The translations under genes and the position numbers were made by a program. From the IMG/VR virus record IMGVR_UViG_3300046524_000328: a stretch of DNA of 23,998 nt, one strand, 5' to 3'. This DNA comes from an uncultured virus (IMG/VR IMGVR_UViG_3300046524_000328). Taxonomy: Duplodnaviria; Heunggongvirae; Uroviricota; Caudoviricetes. The stretch's first letter is position 1, and every line of letters begins with the position of its first letter. The notes below the pieces were generated by a model. It made no database searches. It was not told the origin of the DNA and was given only the letters and a program-made list of their open reading frames with translations. Shown piece after piece: positions 1-8,924 of this stretch.

Positions 1-1853
<1,853 letters not shown>

Positions 1854-2253
1854 GTGTGCAAAGCCTTGGAAGATAGGGCGATGGCCTGCCTTTGCGCCTC
1901 TGCACGGTTGCCCTCACATGAACCAACTACGGGGCATCGTTGCGAAGTGCCGTAGCCGAGCTTGGTGCGTGAGCGCAGGGAGACAGGCCATCGCGGAAAC
2001 ATCGCGGCGGGGCGGCGCGTTTGCGCGATGGTCCGTTAGGAGTACGTACCGCATTTGACATAAAGCGAATTATCACCGTCGCTGATGCGAGTCGGTGAGG
2101 GTGCGCGAATCCGTCTATCGGTACAGCGTCGCGGCGTTGTTCCGCCTTGACCCGACTTCGCGCTGCGGTCGTCGATCCCCATAACTCAGGTCTGATTGTC
2201 GAGCCGCTTACGCGTGCGACGCGCGCGCGTTTTCCTACGGCCCTAAAAACCGC

Positions 2254-2283
2254 TTGACACAACCAAACGTGACAACATACATT
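2254..2283 (+). promoter_or_regulatory. Sigma70-type promoter for the accessory operon
   Basis: TTGACA (2254-2259), 18 nt, TACATT (2278-2283), 48 nt upstream of ATG 2331. Confidence 0.7.
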
Positions 2284-2330
2284 TGAGCCCTAGCAGCAAG
2301 CAACGCAACGAGACGAAACGGAGCGACACG

Positions 2331-2909
2331 ATGGCAACGACGTACCGGGTAATAACGCGAGACGTAGACGGCGGCGGCAAGCGCACATACAAGACGCTTG
2401 CGGGCGCGCTGGCGCGCTTCGAGGAAATGGCGGGTTTCTCGGTCAAGGCCGCATACGTGGAAATGACGGGCAACGCCGCACCGGATGAGCGCGAGATTGA
2501 ACGCGTTCGCGGCGTGTCGATGTACGGCACGGTCGTTGTGTTCGAACGCATCGGCCCCGCCGAGCCGACTCCCCTCGTTGAGGCTGCGCCCGTCGACGTC
2601 GTTGCACGCATCGCCGAGCTTGAGGAAGCGATCGAAGGCGCGGAGGAATGCCACGCCGACACGGTCGCGCAGCACCGTAGCGAAAGCGCTATGTTCGGCG
2701 ATTCGTGGCCCGGCGCGCGGTTGCAGATCGAGGAAGCGCGCAACGCTATCGAGGCGATGAAAGCTGAGTTGCGCACGCTGTTCGAAACGCCTGAAGGTGT
2801 CGCCCTTACGGCACAACGCGCGGCGGCGCGTGCAGCAGAAGCCGCCGCGATCAACGCTGAAATGCTGGCGAAGTACGGCCAGGACTATCTGGATAACTGC
2901 CCTTTCTGA
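2331..2909 (+). CDS. Hypothetical phage protein (192 aa, coiled-coil C-terminal half)
   Basis: ATG 2331 preceded by GGAG, downstream of the promoter; track ORF 2283..2909 trimmed. Confidence 0.8.
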   Translation: MATTYRVITRDVDGGGKRTYKTLAGALARFEEMAGFSVKAAYVEMTGNAAPDEREIERVRGVSMYGTVVVFERIGPAEPTPLVEAAPVDVVARIAELEEAIEGAEECHADTVAQHRSESAMFGDSWPGARLQIEEARNAIEAMKAELRTLFETPEGVALTAQRAAARAAEAAAINAEMLAKYGQDYLDNCPF

Positions 2910-2924
2910 AGGAGGACCACCACC

Positions 2925-3086
2925 ATGCTGCATCGCTCATTCAACTTCCGTGACCATTTCATAATAATGACCGCGCTGCGTGTGCAGTTTGTGCGCAGCG
3001 CTTCCGCCCCGGTGTGCCGAGCGGCACGAGCCGAGATAAGACCTCTGTATCAGAGGCACCGCACGCGAAAGTCTCCTGAGATATAG
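2925..3086 (+). CDS. Small hypothetical protein (53 aa, MLHRSFNFRDHF...)
   Basis: Below the track cut-off; strong AAGGAGG RBS directly after the previous stop. Confidence 0.5.
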   Translation: MLHRSFNFRDHFIIMTALRVQFVRSASAPVCRAARAEIRPLYQRHRTRKSPEI

Positions 3087-3101
3087 ATTGCGGGACGGAA
3101 A

Positions 3102-3323
3102 ATGAGGCCATCGGCCAGAGCATTAAAAGAAGCGGTCACCGCGTATTCGACCGCGATCAAAGTCACCTCGCCGCTTGTTCAACGGCTCGCCAGCGCAGTA
3201 GCGCAGGACTTGGCGAACGAACTTGACGGCCCGGTGCGCATAATCCTGCCGGGCAGCGTTGTCATCGAACGCGCCCCGCAGGACACCAACGTAAAGGACG
3301 CTCGCACGATGATGCGGGCATGA
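3102..3323 (+). CDS. Hypothetical protein
   Basis: ATG with upstream GGA, fills the operon. Confidence 0.6.
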   Translation: MRPSARALKEAVTAYSTAIKVTSPLVQRLASAVAQDLANELDGPVRIILPGSVVIERAPQDTNVKDARTMMRA

Positions 3324-3330
3324 GGGAGCC

Positions 3331-3993
3331 ATGACGGACACCACGAAACAGACGCCGATAATAGGGCTGTCGGCCGCCGATATCGAGCTGGCCAAGGCGA
3401 ACACGCGCGAGGTATTCAAAGCCTCATGCTCGACGGCCGCCGACGTCATCGAATACATGAGCGCGGAGCTTACCGCCGCTCTCGACCGCAAGGCCGCCGA
3501 GCCCGCGCCTGATCCGTGGCAACCGATTGTCGGCGCGCCGCGCGACGGCACGAATATCCTGATTAAGTTCGGCAGCGATGGCATCTCTCAGGCGAAGTAC
3601 ACGCCGGGATGGGCGTGGCCTTGGGTATTCATCGACACGAACGACGGTATTACGTGGATGATTAATCGGGCCGTCGATGGGCCGGGCGGCCCATCGCATT
3701 GGATGCCGATGCCCGATAGCAAGCCGTGCAAGTGCCGCCGCCTTGGCGACTGGAACGGCTTGCATCACCCGCTTTGCAACGACGCGCCCGCATATGCAAG
3801 CGCAGGACCGCGCGCCGTCTCCGATACGGACATTCGCATGCTGCATTCGCTCGCGTCATACATGAGCAAGCATGACGAATCGCCTATGGCGGCGCGCGAC
3901 CTCACGAACCTCGCCGAACGGCTGCGCGCATTCCTGCCGAAAGGCGCACAACTGACACCGATGAAGAACGCACCGGAGAGCCGCAATGCCTGA
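3331..3993 (+). CDS. DUF551-like phage accessory protein
   Basis: WQPIVGAPRDGTNILI...PSHWMPMP signature; GAGGGAG RBS. Confidence 0.75.
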   Translation: MTDTTKQTPIIGLSAADIELAKANTREVFKASCSTAADVIEYMSAELTAALDRKAAEPAPDPWQPIVGAPRDGTNILIKFGSDGISQAKYTPGWAWPWVFIDTNDGITWMINRAVDGPGGPSHWMPMPDSKPCKCRRLGDWNGLHHPLCNDAPAYASAGPRAVSDTDIRMLHSLASYMSKHDESPMAARDLTNLAERLRAFLPKGAQLTPMKNAPESRNA

Positions 3994-4990
3994 TCGCATC
4001 GAAAACTGCCATTGCGAGATGTGCCGTCCGATCACGCTAACGGACATGCGCATGGTTCTCTGCACGACGTGCGGGAACAAACGCTGCCCTCACGCGGCCG
4101 ATCATCGCAACGCGTGCACGAACTCTAACGAGCCCGGACAGCCGGGCAGCAATTACCCCCTCGTCAATCAGGCTGACACCGTGGGCTCGCAGACATTCCA
4201 GAGCCGCGTACAGCCGTGGATGATGGCGTGCTTTGGCGCGGAAATCTCTGCTGATCGCATGGAGCGCAATCACCGCTTTTTCGAGGAAGCAACGGAGCTT
4301 GTGCAGGCGTGCGGAATGACCGCGAGCGAGGCGCATCAACTAGTCGACTACACTTATGGGCGGCCGGTCGGCGAGCGCTTTCAAGAGGTCGGCGGCGTGA
4401 TGGTCACGCTCGCCGCACTCTGCCTCGCGAACGAACTGAACATGCACGCGGCAGGCGAGGCGGAACTCGCGCGCATCTGGACGATGGTCGAGAAAATCCG
4501 CGCCAAGCAGGCGGCAAAGCCCAAGCATTCACCGCTACCGGAAGCCGCGCCCGCGCACGATATGCTCCGCTTCCCTACCATGCTGCGCAAAATGTGGAGC
4601 GGTCGCGAGGTACAGGAATGGCTCGATGCGAACTTTCCGCAGTTGACCGGCGCGCGTGCGCATGAGGCAGGCACGACCGTAGCCGGTCACGACGTGTACG
4701 GCTCGCTCAAAGCGATTCAGGCGGTCGTTGACTTGCGCATGAAGGCGAGCGCGCAAACCTTGCCGACGAGCGAGCCCGCCGCCATCGTGCGCGAGAACCC
4801 CGACGATCACGGCACGATCATCGAAGCAACGCGCCCGCTCGACGCCGGAACCAAGCTGTACACGCACGGCAGCACGCTCGATGCGAACGCGAAAATGCTG
4901 CGCGAGCGCGGCCTGAACTACTACGCACCGGACGGCACGTTTATGAATGCCGACGGCACCCGCTCTATTTTTGACGACGTCGATCAATGA
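3986..4990 (+). CDS. Mosaic protein: Cys/His Zn-binding N-terminus + MazG-like (all-alpha NTP pyrophosphatase) domain + Ea/Ead-like motifs
   Basis: CHCEMC...CTTCGNKRCPHAADHRNAC; RFFEEATELVQ...QEVGGVMVTLAAL (EExxE...E pattern); FPTMLRKMWSGREVQEWL motif familiar from lambdoid EaA/Ead-type proteins. Confidence 0.65.
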   Translation: MPDRIENCHCEMCRPITLTDMRMVLCTTCGNKRCPHAADHRNACTNSNEPGQPGSNYPLVNQADTVGSQTFQSRVQPWMMACFGAEISADRMERNHRFFEEATELVQACGMTASEAHQLVDYTYGRPVGERFQEVGGVMVTLAALCLANELNMHAAGEAELARIWTMVEKIRAKQAAKPKHSPLPEAAPAHDMLRFPTMLRKMWSGREVQEWLDANFPQLTGARAHEAGTTVAGHDVYGSLKAIQAVVDLRMKASAQTLPTSEPAAIVRENPDDHGTIIEATRPLDAGTKLYTHGSTLDANAKMLRERGLNYYAPDGTFMNADGTRSIFDDVDQ

Positions 4991-5343
4991 CTTTTGCACT
5001 GACACTCAAACGCCTTCGCGATGCGCAGAAACGCAACGCACTGAACGACACGATGCGCATTGACCCGGATGACCTCTACGAACTGCTGGCCCAGTTCGAT
5101 AAGAGCGACGGCATCGCGCGCGCCGCCCAAATGCACACCGCAGAGGGCATGCAGCGGCACGGCGTGCGCGAGCGCTTCGAGGCCGCTTTCCGCGCGCACG
5201 AGGCATCGGACGGCATCGAGCCGGATTCATCCGCTCACGCTATCGGCCCGGACGGTAAATACGAATGGGTGTTCAAGCAAAACATGTGGGAAATGTACCA
5301 GGCGGGCAGTGAGCCGGTTCCGTCGAGCGTGATGGGCGCATGA
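4987..5343 (+). CDS. Hypothetical phage protein
   Basis: ATGA overlap with upstream gene; RERFEAAF...KY....QNMWEMYQAG motif common in phage accessory proteins. Confidence 0.75.
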   Translation: MTFALTLKRLRDAQKRNALNDTMRIDPDDLYELLAQFDKSDGIARAAQMHTAEGMQRHGVRERFEAAFRAHEASDGIEPDSSAHAIGPDGKYEWVFKQNMWEMYQAGSEPVPSSVMGA

Positions 5344-5510
5344 GCATCTTTCGCTGCGCGAGGTGCAAAGGCACCATCCGCCCCGATGAGGAATGCGTGA
5401 TCGGCGATAAGGGCGAGGATTTGCACCGCGTCTGCCCGACGTTGTTCGGTGTCTCGCACGCCGAACGCGTCGCGCCCTCTCCCATTCACCCCGACAAGGG
5501 CAGGCAATGA
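5340..5510 (+). CDS. Small Zn-finger protein (56 aa, CxxC...HxxC)
   Basis: Not in track; MSIFRCARCKGTIRPDEECVIGDKGEDLHRVCPT...; ATGA overlaps at both ends. Confidence 0.75.
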   Translation: MSIFRCARCKGTIRPDEECVIGDKGEDLHRVCPTLFGVSHAERVAPSPIHPDKGRQ

Positions 5511-5713
5511 GCATCGTCTATACCGCTGACGTGTTCTGCGACGGCGACGATTGCAGTCAATGGACGCATGGCAGCACCGGCGCGAAGCCGCCCCTAAAGT
5601 GGCGGACTCGCATGCAGGCGCGTAGCGATCATTGGGTGCACGTCAGCGGCAAAGACTACTGCCCGAAATGCGCTAAGGCGCGCGGGCTGCTGCCCGCAAA
5701 GGAGAAAGCGTGA
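5507..5713 (+). CDS. Small Zn-ribbon protein
   Basis: CDGDDC...DYCPKC; coupled overlaps. Confidence 0.75.
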   Translation: MSIVYTADVFCDGDDCSQWTHGSTGAKPPLKWRTRMQARSDHWVHVSGKDYCPKCAKARGLLPAKEKA

Positions 5714-6039
5714 GCAAACGTTTTGAGTTCGAGCGGTTCAGAATGCGCGCCGAGTATGGCTATGACGTACATTCCATACCTGAATCCGACGGCGACTGGG
5801 TAAAGGCGCAGGATGCGCTCGACCGTGAGGCCGTATTGCAGGCGCGCATTAGCACGCTTGAAACGCAGTTGAAGGATGCGCGCGCCGCAGCCGACAAAGC
5901 GCGCCTCGATTCCGGCTGCATCATGACACGCGGCTATAGCGAGCTTCATGACGAGTTCATTGATACCGAGCGGCGCGGGCTTGACCTGCGCGCCGCCATT
6001 GATGCCGCGATATCAAAACAGTGCGAGGGTGACGCGTGA
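5710..6039 (+). CDS. Hypothetical phage protein
   Basis: GGAG RBS, GTGA overlap; DGDWV and LRAAIDAAI motifs common in phage accessory proteins. Confidence 0.75.
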   Translation: MSKRFEFERFRMRAEYGYDVHSIPESDGDWVKAQDALDREAVLQARISTLETQLKDARAAADKARLDSGCIMTRGYSELHDEFIDTERRGLDLRAAIDAAISKQCEGDA

Positions 6040-6407
6040 GCAAGGCCGCCGAAAATGGCTGCGTGTCGTGCCAGTTCGCCGAATGGCAACGCACGCCGAC
6101 GGGCAGGGTCAAGCAGCGCGCGCCCGGCAAGTGCCGCGTGCCGCTGCCGGACCTCGCGCCAATCCTACCCACGTGCGTGCCGCCGCCGCGCCTTAGCCGG
6201 TGTTCCGTATGGCCGGATCAGGGGCAAGACTGCCCGACGTATGAGCAGGCGAAGCGCGAGCCGGAAAACGCGAGCGAACTGGATCACATCGACGCACACG
6301 ATTTGACGTTTGATGACTGGCTCGCGCAGTTGACGGAATCCGACAAGACGCAAATGCTGCACGCATTGTGGGAGTCGAACCGCGAGCCGGGAGTGCGGCA
6401 CGAATGA
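6036..6407 (+). CDS. Cys-rich hypothetical protein
   Basis: CVSC...C...C; GTGA overlap. Confidence 0.7.
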   Translation: MSKAAENGCVSCQFAEWQRTPTGRVKQRAPGKCRVPLPDLAPILPTCVPPPRLSRCSVWPDQGQDCPTYEQAKREPENASELDHIDAHDLTFDDWLAQLTESDKTQMLHALWESNREPGVRHE

Positions 6408-6580
6408 AGCGCGAGCCGGTACACGAGCAAGGGCGGCTGATCGGGCATAACGTCCACTACCCGCCCCACTACATCACCGTGCGCGACATGCGCGGGTACG
6501 ATTCGATCATTCAGGTGATACCTGAGCGCGTAGTGTTCGAGCCCGTCGAGCGCCAGCGCGGCATGTTTGACGATGAGTGA
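6404..6580 (+). CDS. Small hypothetical protein (58 aa, MKREPVHEQG...)
   Basis: ATGA overlap and GGAG RBS; track ORF 6368..6580 trimmed. Confidence 0.65.
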   Translation: MKREPVHEQGRLIGHNVHYPPHYITVRDMRGYDSIIQVIPERVVFEPVERQRGMFDDE

Positions 6581-6581
6581 A

Positions 6582-6610
6582 TTGCGCTTTCATTCGTGAC
6601 AACATACAAT
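6582..6610 (+). promoter_or_regulatory. Internal sigma70-type promoter
   Basis: TTGCGC (6582-6587), 17 nt, TACAAT (6605-6610); shares CGTGACAACATACA with the promoter at 2254. Confidence 0.7.
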
Positions 6611-6643
6611 CGTTGCTCAGTTACCGCAACGAGTGAGGATTGA

Positions 6644-7009
6644 ATGAAAGTGTTGGTCGATAAAGCCGCGCTCGATGCGCTGCTGAAATCCGCGACGCCG
6701 CACCACGAAGGCAGCACGGCCGCCATTGCCGACGAGTTGAATCTCGATGCACTCGTGCCTGAGGCCATTGCGGCGGCGCGTGCACGGCGGCGCGCAAAAG
6801 CTGGCGAGAGCCACATTGATCCGCTCGACCAGTTGACGTCTGTTGTCATCGGCGTGCCTGAGTCGATGAACCGCCATATCAAAGCGCAGGTCGAAGCGGC
6901 CGGGTCGAATGTGCAGGCGTACACGCGCGCGGTGCTGCACCTTGCCATGCGCGCCGGGCTGATGGACCGTGTCACGGCCGCCATGCTGGCCGAACAGAAA
7001 GAGGATTGA
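6644..7009 (+). CDS. Hypothetical protein (possible ribbon-helix-helix-like C-terminus)
   Basis: GAGG RBS; SVVIGVPESMNRHIKAQVEAAGSNVQAYTRAVL has an RHH-like pattern (inference). Confidence 0.7.
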   Translation: MKVLVDKAALDALLKSATPHHEGSTAAIADELNLDALVPEAIAAARARRRAKAGESHIDPLDQLTSVVIGVPESMNRHIKAQVEAAGSNVQAYTRAVLHLAMRAGLMDRVTAAMLAEQKED

Positions 7010-7324
7010 ATGAGCGAAACCGTGATCGTGCATGAACTCGCGCCCTACGCGACCTCGCGCGACTATGCCCGGCTCGCTGAACTGGCGAAGGTGCATAGCG
7101 TTATCTGCATCGTGAATTACCGCGATCCCCGAAACCCGGACTGGGGCATGTTGCGCGAGGTCGCGAGCACGCACTACTCGCGCAGCCCGTCCGGCAAGGA
7201 AATGTGGCACGTCAGCGCGCGCGGGACCGGCTACGTTTGGACGGACAACGCCGCCGACTTTGTACGCAAGTGCGAGACATACGGCGTTGAATTTATCGAA
7301 CCGCAGCAAGCGAGGATTGAATGA
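7010..7324 (+). CDS. Hypothetical phage protein
   Basis: GAGG RBS, abuts the previous stop. Confidence 0.75.
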   Translation: MSETVIVHELAPYATSRDYARLAELAKVHSVICIVNYRDPRNPDWGMLREVASTHYSRSPSGKEMWHVSARGTGYVWTDNAADFVRKCETYGVEFIEPQQARIE

Positions 7325-7734
7325 TGGTATCTGAACTTAGCGCGCCGCTGCTCGATCTATGGGTTGCGCTCGCGCTTGGCTATCGCCGCGCGCCGGATCA
7401 TCCTGAGCCGGACCCGAACGGCGGCCACTACTGGTTGCGCATGGGCCGCTATGGCAGCGTGTTCGCGTGCCCGCGTTTCAGCTTTGCGCCGCGCGATGCG
7501 ATGCGCGTCATTGAGCGGTTCAAGCCGTCGCTCGAGTACCGTCCGGCCATCAATGAATGGGCGTCGAACGTCCCGCACGGCGATGGCCTTTGGCGAACCG
7601 GATTCGGCGAGACGGCAGCGATTGCCGTCTGTCGCGCAGTCGTGCTCGCGCATTTCAACGACGATCCGCAACTGGACACCGACGATGAGCCGACTGACTA
7701 TGACGAACGGACAAACGGAGTGCACGCGGCATGA
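7321..7734 (+). CDS. NinX/DUF2591-family protein (copy 1)
   Basis: VSELSAPLLDLWVALALG...GETAAIAVCRAVV. Confidence 0.7.
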   Translation: MMVSELSAPLLDLWVALALGYRRAPDHPEPDPNGGHYWLRMGRYGSVFACPRFSFAPRDAMRVIERFKPSLEYRPAINEWASNVPHGDGLWRTGFGETAAIAVCRAVVLAHFNDDPQLDTDDEPTDYDERTNGVHAA

Positions 7735-8090
7735 AGGTATCTGAACTGACGGGCGAACTGCTCGACATATGGGTTGCGCGCGCGGCGGGCGTGCCGATCA
7801 AGCGTCGCGCCGATAGCTTCCTGTACACCGACGAGGATCATCCGCGCCTATGGCAACCATCGACGTTTTGGGATATTGCCGGGCCGATCATCGAGCGCGA
7901 GAGCATCGGCTTACGCCGCGAGCGCGCCGTTGATGGCACCGAATATTGGGCCGCATTGGTCGGCGAGTTGTACCTGCATGAGCACGACGTCTATGAGGGC
8001 GGCGCGAGCGAGAATGGTCATACGCCGTTGATCGCGGCCATGCGCGCATACGTCGCGAGCAAGTTCGGCGACGAGGTGCTGGACGTCTGA
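7731..8090 (+). CDS. NinX/DUF2591-family protein (copy 2)
   Basis: MKVSELTGELLDIWVARA...PSTFWDIAGPIIERE...GHTPLIAAMRAYVASKFGDEV. Confidence 0.85.
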   Translation: MKVSELTGELLDIWVARAAGVPIKRRADSFLYTDEDHPRLWQPSTFWDIAGPIIERESIGLRRERAVDGTEYWAALVGELYLHEHDVYEGGASENGHTPLIAAMRAYVASKFGDEVLDV

Positions 8091-8109
8091 CAGTTTTTCC
8101 TAGCAGCAC

Positions 8110-8164
8110 AAAGCGCTCTCTCGCCTATACTGAATGGCGCGAACAGAGGGAGCGCTTTTCTTTT
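8110..8164 (+). terminator. Long hairpin with U-rich tail ending the accessory operon
   Basis: AAAGCGCTCTCTC (8110-8122) pairs with GAGGGAGCGCTTT (8146-8158), followed by TCTTTT. Confidence 0.5.
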
Positions 8165-8167
8165 GCC

Positions 8168-8389
8168 ATGAAACCTGATCCGACCTACGAGCAGCACATC
8201 GAGGACGTGCGCGCCGCCATCATGCGACGCATCGTGCAGGCCCGCGAGCACCCGCCCGGCAGCAAACTGCACGGCGCATACCTTGGCACCGCCGAGACGA
8301 TTCTCACAGGGTTTCTGCGCCATTGGGACGTCAGCGACACCGACGAAACTCGCCTGCGCCGCCTGATCGACAACGAGCGCGCCGCCTAG
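8168..8389 (+). CDS. Hypothetical protein (73 aa)
   Basis: ATG 8168; stop overlaps the convergent HTH gene. Confidence 0.6.
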   Translation: MKPDPTYEQHIEDVRAAIMRRIVQAREHPPGSKLHGAYLGTAETILTGFLRHWDVSDTDETRLRRLIDNERAA

Positions 8390-8565
8390 TCAAGCAGCGT
8401 TTTCACGCGCACAGCGAGGGATAGATACTCGCTCACCCATTTAGGGAACTTGCCCGCGCTCACCCATCGGGATACCGTCGTAGGATCGACGTCGAATCGC
8501 CGTGCGAATGCCCGCTGACTCCATCCGAGCATCGCAAGACTGTGTTGAAAATCTGCATTTTTCAT
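8386..8565 (-). CDS. Small XRE/Cro-like HTH protein (59 aa)
   Basis: MKNADFQHSLAMLGWSQRAFARRFDVDPTTVSRWVSAG; probable start ATG 8565. Confidence 0.8.
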   Translation of the reverse strand: MKNADFQHSLAMLGWSQRAFARRFDVDPTTVSRWVSAGKFPKWVSEYLSLAVRVKTLLD

Positions 8566-8638
8566 AGCACAGATATTAGCAAAAGGCCGATCATTACGGC
8601 GGGCTGTATCTGCATTTTGCAGCATGGAGGGTTTTGCG

Positions 8639-8884
8639 ATGGACCTGCCTCAATCTGACGATGCCGACACGGCAACCGTATTCACGGCCGCGCTCAGTGT
8701 GCTGTTCAAAACCCACCCGGACCCGACCGCGCTGCTCGCCGCATGGGAGCCGATAGCCGCAGCGCTGCCGCTCATGATGCTGAAAAACGGCGCAACTGAC
8801 GTGTCACACAACGCGAACGTCGTCATCGCGCAAGGGCTCTTGCATATCGCCCGCATGGCCGCTGCTGCGCCACCCGGCGAATGA
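8639..8884 (+). CDS. Hypothetical protein (81 aa)
   Basis: GGAGG RBS before ATG 8639. Confidence 0.65.
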   Translation: MDLPQSDDADTATVFTAALSVLFKTHPDPTALLAAWEPIAAALPLMMLKNGATDVSHNANVVIAQGLLHIARMAAAAPPGE

Positions 8885-8908
8885 CCGGTACACAACGCTA
8901 AAGGGCGC

Positions 8909-8917
8909 TGATACACT
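8909..8917 (+). promoter_or_regulatory. Extended -10 promoter element for the ncRNA
   Basis: TGnTACACT, ending 7 nt before the first hairpin at 8925. Confidence 0.5.
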
Positions 8918-8924
8918 GCGCTTC

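Noticed and set aside
2055..2083. TTGACA at 2055
   Set aside because: No -10 hexamer at a suitable spacing on the + strand
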